From: Eledone cirrhosa | Lineage: Eukaryota | Length of the DNA: 64,000 bases | Assembly: GCA_964016885.1 (NCBI GenBank) | Contig: OZ024741.1 | Coordinates: forward strand, 403,372,001 to 403,436,000 | Direction: 5' to 3' | In this document: positions 29,701-43,950 of the stretch, one piece after another | How the letters are laid out: each line of letters opens with the position of its first letter | Position numbering within the stretch: the first letter of the stretch is position 1 | Made by a program: the position numbers and the translations under genes | The notes under the pieces: model-generated | Seen by the model: the letters and a program-made list of their open reading frames with translations, nothing else | The model's database searches: none | Told to the model about the DNA's origin: nothing

Positions 29701-30990
29701 CTTTAACCCAGGTAGTGACTACTATCTTTAACCCAGGTAGGGACTACTATCTTTAACCCAGGTAGTGACTACTATCTTTAACCCAGGTAGGGACTACTAT
29801 CTTTAACCCAGGTAGTGACTACTATCTTTAACCCAGGTAGGGACTACTATCTTTAACCCTGGTAGTGACTACTATCTTTAACCCAGGTAGTGACTACTAT
29901 CTTTAACCCAGGTAGGGACTATCTTTAACCCAGGTAGGGACTACTATCTTTAACCCAGGTATCGACTACTATCTTTAACCCAGGTAGTGACTACTATCTT
30001 TAACCCAGGTAGTGACTACTATCTTTAACCCAGGTAGGGACTATCTTTAACCCAGGTAGGGATTACTATCTTTAACCCAGGTAGTGACTTCTATCTTTAA
30101 CCCAGGTAGTGACTATCTTTACCCCAGGTAGGGACTACTATCTTTAACCCAGGTAGTGACTACTACCTTTAACCCAGGTAGTGACTACTATCTTTAACCC
30201 AGGTAGGGACTACTATCTTTAACCCAGGTAGGGACTACTATCTTTAACCCAGGTAGTGACTATCTTTAACCCAGGTAGGGACTACTATCTTTAACCCAGG
30301 TAGTGACTACTATCTTTAACCCAAGTAGTGACTACTATCTTTAACCCAGGTAGGGACTACTATCTTTAACCCAGGTAGTGACTACTATCTTTAACCCAGG
30401 TAGTGACTACTATCTTTAACCCAGGTAGTGACTACTATCTTTAACCCAGGTAGGGACTACTATCTTTAACCCAGGTAGTGACTACTATCTTTAACCCTGG
30501 TAGTGACAACTACCTTTAACCCAGGTAGGGACTTCTATCTTTAACCCAGGTAGGGACTACTATCTTTAACCCAGGTAGGGACTTCTATCTTTAACCCAGG
30601 TAGGGACTACTATCTTTAACCCAGGTAGGGACTTCTATCTTTAACCAAGGTAGGGACTTCTATCTTTAACCCAGGTAGTGACTACTATCTTTAACCCAGG
30701 TAGTGACTACTATCTTTAACCCAGGTAGTGACTACTATCTTTAACCCAGGTAGTGACTACTACCTTTAACCCAGGTAGTGACTACTATCTTTAACCCAGG
30801 TAGGGACTACTATCTTTAACCCAGGTAGGGACTACTATGTTTAACCCAGGTAGGGACTACTATCTTTAACCCAGGTAGTGACTACTATCTTTAACCCAGG
30901 TATCGACTACTATCTTTAACCCAGGTAGGGACTACTATCTTTAACCCAGGTAGGGACTACTGTCTTTAACCCAGGTAGTGACTACTATCT
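23780..30990. repeat. Tandem duplication of about 3.56-3.64 kb
   Basis: AGCGAC at 25051 and 28689 (offset 3638). TGACAAC at 26941 and 30504, and CTACTGT with G at 27399 and 30962 (offset 3563). TATGTT and GGATTAC variants are shared. Confidence 0.92.
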
Positions 30991-33900
30991 TTAACCCAGG
31001 TAGTGACTACTATCTTTAACCCAGGTAGGGACTACTACCTTTAACCCAGGTAGTGACTACTATCTTTAACCCTGGTAGGGACTACTATCTTTAACCCAGG
31101 TAGGGACTACTATCTTTAACCCAGGTAGTGGCTAATATCTTTAACCCAGGTAGTGACTACTATCTTTAACCCAGGTAGGGACTACTATCTTTAACCCAGG
31201 TAGTGACTACTATCTTTAACCCAGGTAGGGACTACTAACTTTAACCCAGGTAGTGACTACTATCTTTAACCCAGGTAGGGACTACTATCTTTAACCCTGG
31301 TAGTGACTACTATCTTTAACCCAGGTAGTGACTACTATCTTTAACCCAGGTAGGGACTATCTTTAACCCAGGTAGGGACTACTATCTTTAACCCAGGTAT
31401 CGACTACTATCTTTAACCCAGGTAGTGACTACTATCTTTAACCCAGGTAGTGACTACTATCTTTAACCCAGGTAGGGACTATCTTTAACCCAGGTAGGGA
31501 TTACTATCTTTAACCCAGGTAGTGACTTCTATCTTTAACCCAGGTAGTGACTATCTTTACCCCAGGTAGGGACTACTATCTTTAACCCAGGTAGTGACTA
31601 CTACCTTTAACCCAGGTAGTGACTACTATCTTTAACCCAGGTAGGGACTACTATCTTTAACCCAGGTAGGGACTACTATCTTTAACCCAGGTAGTGACTA
31701 TCTTTAACCCAGGTAGGGACTACTATCTTTAACCCAGGTAGTGACTACTATCTTTAACCCAAGTAGTGACTACTATCTTTAACCCAGGTAGGGACTACTA
31801 TCTTTAACCCAGGTAGTGACTACTATCTTTCACCCAGGTAGTGACTACTATCTTTAACCCAGGTAGTGACTACTATCTTTAACCCAGGTAGGGACTACTA
31901 TCTTTAACCCAGGTAGTGACTACTATCTTTAACCCTGGTAGTGACTACTACCTTTAACCCAGGTAGGGACTTCTATCTTTAACCCAGGTAGGGACTACTA
32001 TCTTTAACCCAGGTAGGGACTTCTATCTTTAACCCAGGTAGGGACTACTATCTTTAACCCAGGTAGGGACTTCTATCTTTAACCAAGGTAGGGACTTCTA
32101 TCTTTAACCCAGGTAGTGACTACTATCTTTAACCCAGGTAGTGACTACTATCTTTAACCCAGGTAGTGACTACTATCTTTAACCCAGGTAGTGACTACTA
32201 CCTTTAACCCAGGTAGTGACTACTATCTTTAACCCAGGTAGGGACTACTATCTTTAACCCAGGTAGGGACTACTATCTTTAACCCAGGTAGGGACTACTA
32301 TCTTTAACCCAGGTAGTGACTACTATCTTTAACCCAGGTATCGACTACTATCTTTAACCCAGGTAGGGACTACTATCTTTAACCCAGGTAGGGACTACTA
32401 TCTTTAACCCAGGTAGTGACTACTATCTTTAACCCAGGTAGGGACTACTATCTTTAACCCAGGTAGGGACTACTATCTTTAACCCAGGTAGGGACTACTA
32501 TCTTTAACCCTGGTAGTGACTACTATCTTTAACCCAGGTAGGGACTACTATCTTTAACCCAGGTAGTGACTACTATCTTTAACCCAGGTAGTGGCTACTA
32601 TCTTTAACCCAGGTAGTGACTACTATCTTTAACCCAGGTAGGGACTACTATCTTTAACCCAGGTAGTGACTACTATCTTTAACCCAGGTAGGGACTACTA
32701 TCTTTAACCCAGGTAGTGACTACTATCTTTAACCCAGGTAGGGACTACTATCTTTAACCCAGGTAGGGACTACTATCTTTAACCCAGGTAGTGACTACTA
32801 TCTTTAACCCAGGTATCGACTACTATCTTTAACCCAGGTAGTGACTACTATCTTTAACCCAGGTAGTGACTACTATCTTTAACCCAGGTAGGGACTATCT
32901 TTAACCCAGGTAGGGATTACTATCTTTAACCCAGGTAGTGACTTCTATCTTTAACCCAGGTAGTGACTATCTTTACCCCAGGTAGGGACTACTATCTTTA
33001 ACCCAGGTAGGGACTACTATCTTTAACCCAGGTAGTGACTACTACCTTTAACCCAGGTAGTGACTACTATCTTTAACCCAGGTAGGGACTACTATCTTTA
33101 ACCCAGGTAGGGACTACTATCTTTAACCCAGGTAGTGACTATCTTTAACCCAGGTAGGGACTACTATCTTTAACCCAGGTAGGGACTACTATCTTTAACC
33201 CTGGTAGTGACTACTATCTTTAACCCAGGTAGGGACTACTATCTTTAACCCAGGTAGGGACTACTATCTTTAACCCAGGTAGGGACTACTATCTTTAACC
33301 CTGGTAGTGACTACTATCTTTAACCCAGGTAGTGACTATCTTTACCCCAGGTAGGGACTACTATCTTTAACCCAGGTAGTGACTACTACCTTTAACCCAG
33401 GTAGTGACTACTATCTTTAACCCAGGTAGGGACTACTATCTTTAACCCAGGTAGGGACTACTATCTTTAACCCAGGTAGTGACTATCTTTAACCCAGGTA
33501 GGGACTACTATCTTTAACCCAGGTAGGGACTACTATCTTTAACCCTGGTAGTGACTACTATCTTTAACCCAGGTAGGGACTACTATCTTTAACCCAGGTA
33601 GGGACTACTATCTTTAACCCAGGTAGGGACTACTATCTTTAACCCAGGTAGGGACTACTATCTTTAACCCAGGTAGTGACTATCTTTAACCCAGGTAGGG
33701 ACTACTATCTTTAACCCAGGTAGGGACTACTATCTTTAACCCTGGTAGTGACTACTATCTTTAACCCAGGTAGGGACTACTATCTTTAACCCAGGTAGGG
33801 ACTACTATCTTTAACCCAGGTAGGGACTACTATCTTTAACCCAGGTAGGGACTACTATCTTTAACCCAGGTAGGGACTACTATCCTTAACCCAGGTAGGG

Positions 33901-34649
33901 ACTACTATCTTTAACCCTGGTAGTGACTACTATCTTTAACCCTGGTAGTGACTTCTAACTTTAACCCAGGTAGGGACTACTATCTTTAACCCAGGTAGGG
34001 ACTACTATCTTTAACCCAAGTAGTGACTACTATCTTTAACCCAGGAAGGGACTACTATCTTTAACCCAGGTAGGGACTACTATCTTTAACCCAGGTAGGG
34101 ACTACTATCTTTAACCCAGGAAGGGACTACTATCTTTAACCCAAGTAGTGGCTACTACCTTTAACCCAGGTAGTGACTACTATCTTTAACCCAAGTAGTG
34201 ACTACTATCTTTAACCCAGGTAGGGACTACTATCTTTAACCCAGGTAGGGACTACTATCTTTAACCCAGGTAGGGACTACTATCTTTAACCCAGGTAGGG
34301 ACTACTATCTTTAACCCAGGAAGGGACTACTATCTTTAACCCAAGTAGTGGCTACTACCTTTAACCCAGGTAGTGACTACTATCTTTAACCCAAGTAGTG
34401 ACTACTATCTTTAACCCAGGTAGGGACTACTATCTTTAACCCAGGTAGGGACTACTATCTTTAACCCAGGTAGTGGCTACTATCTTTAACCCAGGTAGTG
34501 ACTACTATCTTTAACCCAGGTAGGGACTACTATCTTTAACCCAGGTAGGGACTACTACCTTTAACCCAGGTAGGGACTACTACCTTTAACCCTGGTAGTG
34601 ACCACTATCTTTAACCCAAGTAGTGACTACTATCTTTAACCCAAGTAGT

Positions 34650-37600
34650 GGCTACTACCTTTAACCCAGGTAGGGACTACTATCTTTAACCCAGGTAGTG
34701 ACTACTATCTTTAACCCTGGTAGTGACTACTATCTTTAACCCAAGTAGTGACTACTATCTTTAACCCAAGTAGTGACTACTACCTTTAACCCAAGTAGTG
34801 ACTACTATCTTTAACCCAGGTAGGGACTACTATCTTTAACCCAGGTAGGGACTACTATCTTTAACCCAGGTAGGGAATACTATCTTTAACCCAGGTAGTG
34901 ACTACTATCTTTAACCCAAGTAGGGACTACTATCTTTAACCCAGGTAGGGACTACTATCTTTAACCCAGGTAGGGAATACTATCTTTAACCCAGGTAGGG
35001 ACTACTATCTTTAACCCAAGTAGGGACTACTATCTTTAACCCAGGTAGGGACTACTATCTTTAACCCCGGTAGGGACAACTATCTTTAACCCAAGTAGGG
35101 ACTACTACCTTTAACCCAGGTAGTGGCTACTATCTTTAACCCAGGTAGTGACTACTATCTTTAACCCAAGTAGGGACTACTATCTTTAACCCAGGTAGGG
35201 ACTACTATCTTTAACCCAGGTAGGGACAACTATCTTTAACCCAAGTAGGGACTACTATCTTTAACCCAGGTAGGGACTACTATCTTTAACCCAGGTAGGG
35301 ACTACTATCTTTAACCCAGGTAGGGACTACTATCTTTAACCCAGGTAGTGGCTACTATCTTTAACCCAGGTAGTGACTACTATCTTTAACCCAAGTAGGG
35401 ACTACTATCTTTAACCCAGGTAGGGACTACTATCTTTAACCCAGGTAGTGGCTACTATCTTTAACCCAGGTAGTGACTACTATCTTTAACCCAGGTAGGG
35501 ACTACTATCTTTAACCCAGGTAGTGACTACTATCTTTAACCCAGGTAGGGACTACTATCTTTAACCCAAGTAGTGACTACTATCTTTAACCCAGGTAGTG
35601 ACTACTATGTTTAACCCAGGTAGGGACTACTATCTTTAACCCAGGTAGTGACTACTATCTTTAACCCAGGTAGGGACTACTATCTTTAACCCAAGTAGTG
35701 ACTACTATCTTTAACCCAGGTAGTGACTACTATCTTTAACCCTGGTAGGGACTACTATCTTTAACCCAGGTAGGGACTACTATCTTTAACCCAGGTAGTG
35801 ACTACTATCTTTAACCCAGGTAGGGACTACTATCTTTAACCCAGGTAGTGGCTACTATCTTTAACCCAGGTAGTGACTACTATCTTTAACCCAAGTAGGG
35901 ACTACTATCTTTAACCCAGGTAGGGACTACTATCTTTAACCCAGGTAGTGGCTACTATCTTTAACCCAGGTAGTGACTACTATCTTTAACCCAGGTAGTG
36001 GCTACTATCTTTAACCCAGGTAGTGACTACTATCTTTAACCCAGGTAGGGACTACTATCTTTAACCCAGGTAGTGACTACTATCTTTAACCCAGGTAGGG
36101 ACTACTATCTTTAACCCAGGTAGTGACTACTATCTTTAACCCAGGTAGGGACTACTATCTTTAACCCTGGTAGTGACTACTATCTTTAACCCAGGTAGTG
36201 ACTACTATCTTTAACCCAGGTAGGGACTACTATCTTTAACCCAAGTAGTGACTACTATCTTTAACCCAGGTAGTGACTACTATCTTTAACCCTGGTAGGG
36301 ACTACTATCTTTAACCCAGGTAGGGACTACTATCTTTAACCCAGGTAGTGACTACTATCTTTAACCCAGGTAGGGACTACTATCTTTAACCCAGGTAGTG
36401 GCTACTATCTTTAACCCAGGTAGTGACTACTATCTTTAACCCAAGTAGGGACTACTATCTTTAACCCAGGTAGGGACTACTATCTTTAACCCAGGTAGTG
36501 GCTACTATCTTTAACCCAGGTAGTGACTACTATCTTTAACCCAGGTAGTGGCTACTATCTTTAACCCAGGTAGTGACTACTATCTTTAACCCAGGTAGGG
36601 ACTACTATCTTTAACCCAGGTAGTGACTACTATCTTTAACCCAGGTAGGGACTACTATCTTTAACCCAGGTAGTGACTACTATCTTTAACCCAGGTAGGG
36701 ACTACTATCTTTAACCCTGGTAGTGACTACTATCTTTAACCCAGGTAGTGACTACTATCTTTAACCCAGGTAGGGACTACTATCTTTAACCCAAGTAGTG
36801 ACTACTATCTTTAACCCAGGTAGTGACTACTATCTTTAACCCTGGTAGAGACTACTATCTTTAACCCAGGTAGGGACTACTATCTTTAACCCAGGTAGTG
36901 ACTACTATCTTTAACCCAGGTAGGGACTACTATCTTTAACCCAGGTAGTGGCTACTATCTTTAACCCAGGTAGTGACTACTATCTTTAACCCAAGTAGGG
37001 ACTACTATCTTTAACCCAGGTAGGGACTACTATCTTTAACCCAGGTAGTGGCTACTATCTTTAACCCAGGTAGTGACTACTATCTTTAACCCAGGTAGTG
37101 GCTACTATCTTTAACCCAGGTAGTGACTACTATCTTTAACCCAGGTAGGGACTACTATCTTTAACCCAGGTAGTGACTACTATCTTTAACCCAGGTAGGG
37201 ACTACTATCTTTAACCCAGGTAGTGACTACTATCTTTAACCCAGGTAGGGACTACTATCTTTAACCCTGGTAGTGACTACTATCTTTAACCCAGGTAGTG
37301 ACTACTATCTTTAACCCAGGTAGGGACTATCTTTAACCCAGGTAGGGACTACTATCTTTAACCCAGGTATCGACTACTATCTTTAACCCAGGTAGTGACT
37401 ACTATCTTTAACCCAGGTAGTGACTACTATCTTTAACCCAGGTAGTGACTATCTTTAACCCAGGTAGGGACTACTATCTTTAACCCAGGTAGTGACTTCT
37501 ATCTTTAACCCAGGTAGTGACTATCTTTACCCCAGGTAGGGACTACTATCTTTAACCCAGGTAGTGACTACTACCTTTAACCCAGGTAGTGACTACTACC

Positions 37601-40600
37601 TTTAACCCAGGTAGTGACTACTATCTTTAACCCAGGTAGGGACTACTATCTTTAACCCAGGTAGTGACTACTATCTTTAACCCAGGTAGGGACTACTATC
37701 TTTAACCCAGGTAGTGACTATCTTTAACCCAGATAGGGACTACTATCTTTAACCCAGGTAGGGACTACTATCTTTAACCCAGGTAGGGACTACTATCTTT
37801 AACCCAGGTAGGGACTACTATCTTTAACCCAGGTAGGGACTACTATCTTTAACCCAGGTAGTGACTACTATCTTTAACCCAGGTAGTGAATATCTTTAAC
37901 CCAGGTAGGGACTACTATCTTTAACCCAGGTAGTGACTACTATCTTTAACCCAGGTAGTGACTATCTTTAACCCAGGTAGGGACTACTATCTTTAACCCA
38001 GGTAGGGACTACTATCTTTAACCCAGGTAGTGACTACTATCTTTAACCCAGGTAGGGACTACTATCTTTAACCCAGGTAGGGACTACTATCTTTAACCCA
38101 AGTAGTGACTACTATCTTTAACCCAGGTAGGGACTACTATCTTTAACCCAGGTAGTGACTACTATCTTTAACCCAGGTAGTGACTACTATCTTTAACCCA
38201 GGTAGGGACTACTATCTTTAACCCAGGTAGTGACTACTATCTTTAACCCTGGTAGTGACTACTACCTTTAACCCAGGTAGGGACTTCTATCTTTAACCCA
38301 GGTAGGGACTACTATCTTTAACCCAGGTAGGGACTTCTATCTTTAACCCAGGTAGGGACTACTATATTTAACCCAGGTAGGGACTTCTATCTTTAACCCA
38401 GGTAGTGACTAGTATCTTTAACCCAGGTAGGGACTACTATCTTCAACCCAGGTAGTGACTACTACCTTTAACCCAGGTAGTGACTATCTTTCACCCAGGT
38501 AGTGACTACTATCTTTAACCCAGGTAGTGACTACTATCTTTAACCCAGGTAGGGACTACTATCTTTAACCCAGGTAGGGACTACTATCTTCAACCCAGGT
38601 AGTGACTACTACCTTTAACCCAGGTAGTGACTATCTTTCACCCAGGTAGGGACTACTATCTTTAACCCAGGTAGGGACTACTATCTTTAACCCAGGTAGT
38701 GACTACTATCTTTAACCCAGGTAGTGACTACTATCTTTAACCAAGGTAGGGACTACTATCTTTAACCCAGGTAGGGACTACTATCTTTAACCCAGGTAGG
38801 GACTACTATCTTTAACCCTGGTAGTGACTACTATCTTTAACCCAGGTAGTGACTACTATCTTTAACCCAGGTAGGGACTACTATCTTCAACCCAGGTAGT
38901 GACTACTACCTTTAACCCAGGTAGTGACTATCTTTCACCCAGGTAGTGACTACTATCTTTAACCCAGGTAGGGACTACTATCTTTAACCCAGGTAGGGAC
39001 TACTATCTTTAACCCAGGTAGTGACTACTATCTTTAACCCAAGTAGGGACTACTATCTTTAACCCAGGTAGTGACTACTATCTTTAACCCAAGTAGGGAC
39101 TACTATCTTTAACCCAGGTAGTGACTACTATCTTTAACCCAGGTAGGGACTACTATCTTTAACCCAGGTAGTGACTACTATCTTTAACCAAGGTAGGGAC
39201 TACTATCTTTAACCCAGGTAGGGACTACTATCTTTAACCCAGGTAGGGACTACTATCTTTAACCCAGGTAGGGACTACTATCTTTAACCCAGGTAGTGAC
39301 TACTACCTTTAACCCAGGTAGGGACTACTATCTTTAACCCAGGTAGTGACTACTATCTTTAACCCTGGTAGTGACTACTATCTTTAACCCAAGTAGTGAC
39401 TACTATCTTTAACCCAAGTAGTGACTACTACCTTTAACCCAAGTAGTGACTACTATCTTTAACCCAGGTAGGGACTACTATCTTTAACCCAGGTAGGGAC
39501 TACTATCTTTAACCCAGGTAGGGAATACTATCTTTAACCCAGGTAGTGACTACTATCTTTAACCCAAGTAGGGACTACTATCTTTAACCCAGGTAGGGAC
39601 TACTATCTTTAACCCAGGTAGGGAATACTATCTTTAACCCAGGTAGGGACTACTATCTTTAACCCAAGTAGGGACTACTATCTTTAACCCAGGTAGGGAC
39701 TACTATCTTTAACCCCGGTAGGGACAACTATCTTTAACCCAAGTAGGGACTACTACCTTTAACCCAGGTAGTGGCTACTATCTTTAACCCAGGTAGTGAC
39801 TACTATCTTTAACCCAAGTAGGGACTACTATCTTTAACCCAGGTAGGGACTACTATCTTTAACCCAGGTAGGGACAACTATCTTTAACCCAAGTAGGGAC
39901 TACTATCTTTAACCCAGGTAGGGACTACTATCTTTAACCCAGGTAGGGACTACTATCTTTAACCCAGGTAGGGACTACTATCTTTAACCCAGGTAGTGGC
40001 TACTATCTTTAACCCAGGTAGTGACTACTATCTTTAACCCAAGTAGGGACTACTATCTTTAACCCAGGTAGGGACTACTATCTTTAACCCAGGTAGTGGC
40101 TACTATCTTTAACCCAGGTAGTGACTACTATCTTTAACCCAGGTAGGGACTACTATCTTTAACCCAGGTAGTGACTACTATCTTTAACCCAGGTAGGGAC
40201 TACTATCTTTAACCCAAGTAGTGACTACTATCTTTAACCCAGGTAGTGACTACTATGTTTAACCCAGGTAGGGACTACTATCTTTAACCCAGGTAGTGAC
40301 TACTATCTTTAACCCAGGTAGGGACTACTATCTTTAACCCAAGTAGTGACTACTATCTTTAACCCAGGTAGTGACTACTATCTTTAACCCTGGTAGGGAC
40401 TACTATCTTTAACCCAGGTAGGGACTACTATCTTTAACCCAGGTAGTGACTACTATCTTTAACCCAGGTAGGGACTACTATCTTTAACCCAGGTAGTGGC
40501 TACTATCTTTAACCCAGGTAGTGACTACTATCTTTAACCCAAGTAGGGACTACTATCTTTAACCCAGGTAGGGACTACTATCTTTAACCCAGGTAGTGGC

Positions 40601-43600
40601 TACTATCTTTAACCCAGGTAGTGACTACTATCTTTAACCCAGGTAGTGGCTACTATCTTTAACCCAGGTAGTGACTACTATCTTTAACCCAGGTAGGGAC
40701 TACTATCTTTAACCCAGGTAGTGACTACTATCTTTAACCCAGGTAGGGACTACTATCTTTAACCCAGGTAGTGACTACTATCTTTAACCCAGGTAGGGAC
40801 TACTATCTTTAACCCTGGTAGTGACTACTATCTTTAACCCAGGTAGTGACTACTATCTTTAACCCAGGTAGGGACTACTATCTTTAACCCAAGTAGTGAC
40901 TACTATCTTTAACCCAGGTAGTGACTACTATCTTTAACCCTGGTAGGGACTACTATCTTTAACCCAGGTAGGGACTACTATCTTTAACCCAGGTAGTGAC
41001 TACTATCTTTAACCCAGGTAGGGACTACTATCTTTAACCCAGGTAGTGGCTACTATCTTTAACCCAGGTAGTGACTACTATCTTTAACCCAAGTAGGGAC
41101 TACTATCTTTAACCCAGGTAGGGACTACTATCTTTAACCCAGGTAGTGGCTACTATCTTTAACCCAGGTAGTGACTACTATCTTTAACCCAGGTAGTGGC
41201 TACTATCTTTAACCCAGGTAGTGACTACTATCTTTAACCCAGGTAGGGACTACTATCTTTAACCCAGGTAGTGACTACTATCTTTAACCCAGGTAGGGAC
41301 TACTATCTTTAACCCAGGTAGTGACTACTATCTTTAACCCAGGTAGGGACTACTATCTTTAACCCTGGTAGTGACTACTATCTTTAACCCAGGTAGTGAC
41401 TACTATCTTTAACCCAGGTAGGGACTACTATCTTTAACCCAAGTAGTGACTACTATCTTTAACCCAGGTAGTGACTACTATCTTTAACCCTGGTAGAGAC
41501 TACTATCTTTAACCCAGGTAGGGACTACTATCTTTAACCCAGGTAGTGACTACTATCTTTAACCCAGGTAGGGACTACTATCTTTAACCCAGGTAGTGGC
41601 TACTATCTTTAACCCAGGTAGTGACTACTATCTTTAACCCAAGTAGGGACTACTATCTTTAACCCAGGTAGGGACTACTATCTTTAACCCAGGTAGTGGC
41701 TACTATCTTTAACCCAGGTAGTGACTACTATCTTTAACCCAGGTAGTGGCTACTATCTTTAACCCAGGTAGTGACTACTATCTTTAACCCAGGTAGGGAC
41801 TACTATCTTTAACCCAGGTAGTGACTACTATCTTTAACCCAGGTAGGGACTACTATCTTTAACCCAGGTAGTGACTACTATCTTTAACCCAGGTAGGGAC
41901 TACTATCTTTAACCCTGGTAGTGACTACTATCTTTAACCCAGGTAGTGACTACTATCTTTAACCCAGGTAGGGACTATCTTTAACCCAGGTAGGGACTAC
42001 TATCTTTAACCCAGGTATCGACTACTATCTTTAACCCAGGTAGTGACTACTATCTTTAACCCAGGTAGTGACTACTATCTTTAACCCAGGTAGTGACTAT
42101 CTTTAACCCAGGTAGGGACTACTATCTTTAACCCAGGTAGTGACTTCTATCTTTAACCCAGGTAGTGACTATCTTTACCCCAGGTAGGGACTACTATCTT
42201 TAACCCAGGTAGTGACTACTACCTTTAACCCAGGTAGTGACTACTACCTTTAACCCAGGTAGTGACTACTATCTTTAACCCAGGTAGGGACTACTATCTT
42301 TAACCCAGGTAGTGACTACTATCTTTAACCCAGGTAGGGACTACTATCTTTAACCCAGGTAGTGACTATCTTTAACCCAGATAGGGACTACTATCTTTAA
42401 CCCAGGTAGGGACTACTATCTTTAACCCAGGTAGGGACTACTATCTTTAACCCAGGTAGGGACTACTATCTTTAACCCAGGTAGGGACTACTATCTTTAA
42501 CCCAGGTAGTGACTACTATCTTTAACCCAGGTAGTGAATATCTTTAACCCAGGTAGGGACTACTATCTTTAACCCAGGTAGTGACTACTATCTTTAACCC
42601 AGGTAGTGACTATCTTTAACCCAGGTAGGGACTACTATCTTTAACCCAGGTAGGGACTACTATCTTTAACCCAGGTAGTGACTACTATCTTTAACCCAGG
42701 TAGGGACTACTATCTTTAACCCAGGTAGGGACTACTATCTTTAACCCAAGTAGTGACTACTATCTTTAACCCAGGTAGGGACTACTATCTTTAACCCAGG
42801 TAGTGACTACTATCTTTAACCCAGGTAGTGACTACTATCTTTAACCCAGGTAGGGACTACTATCTTTAACCCAGGTAGTGACTACTATCTTTAACCCTGG
42901 TAGTGACTACTACCTTTAACCCAGGTAGGGACTTCTATCTTTAACCCAGGTAGGGACTACTATCTTTAACCCAGGTAGGGACTTCTATCTTTAACCCAGG
43001 TAGGGACTACTATATTTAACCCAGGTAGGGACTTCTATCTTTAACCCAGGTAGTGACTAGTATCTTTAACCCAGGTAGGGACTACTATCTTCAACCCAGG
43101 TAGTGACTACTACCTTTAACCCAGGTAGTGACTATCTTTCACCCAGGTAGTGACTACTATCTTTAACCCAGGTAGTGACTACTATTTTTAACCCAGGTAG
43201 GGACTACTATCTTTAACCCAGGTAGGGACTACTATCTTCAACCCAGGTAGTGACTACTACCTTTAACCCAGGTAGTGACTATCTTTCACCCAGGTAGGGA
43301 CTACTATCTTTAACCCAGGTAGGGACTACTATCTTTAACCCAGGTAGTGACTACTATCTTTAACCCAGGTAGTGACTACTATCTTTAACCAAGGTAGGGA
43401 CTACTATCTTTAACCCAGGTAGGGACTACTATCTTTAACCCAGGTAGGGACTACTATCTTTAACCCTGGTAGTGACTACTATCTTTAACCCAGGTAGTGA
43501 CTACTATCTTTAACCCAGGTAGGGACTACTATCTTCAACCCAGGTAGTGACTACTACCTTTAACCCAGGTAGTGACTATCTTTCACCCAGGTAGTGACTA

Positions 43601-43950
43601 CTATCTTTAACCCAGGTAGGGACTACTATCTTTAACCCAGGTAGGGACTACTATCTTTAACCCAGGTAGTGACTACTATCTTTAACCCAAGTAGGGACTA
43701 CTATCTTTAACCCAGGTAGTGACTACTATCTTTAACCCAAGTAGGGACTACTATCTTTAACCCAGGTAGTGACTACTATCTTTAACCCAGGTAGGGACTA
43801 CTATCTTTAACCCAGGTAGTGACTACTATCTTTAACCAAGGTAGGGACTACTATCTTTAACCCAGGTAGGGACTACTATCTTTAACCCAGGTAGGGACTA
43901 CTATCTTTAACCCAGGTAGGGACTACTATCTTTAACCCAGGTAGTGACTA
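34650..43950. repeat. Near-perfect tandem duplication of 4,648 bp, each copy containing a 3 x 550-bp sub-repeat
   Basis: AACCCCGG 35063/39711, TAGAGAC 36846/41494 and ACTAGTAT (second A at 38411/43059) all give offset 4648. Internally, CCTGGTAG(G/A)G lies at 35741, 36291 and 36841 (550-bp spacing). Confidence 0.93.
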
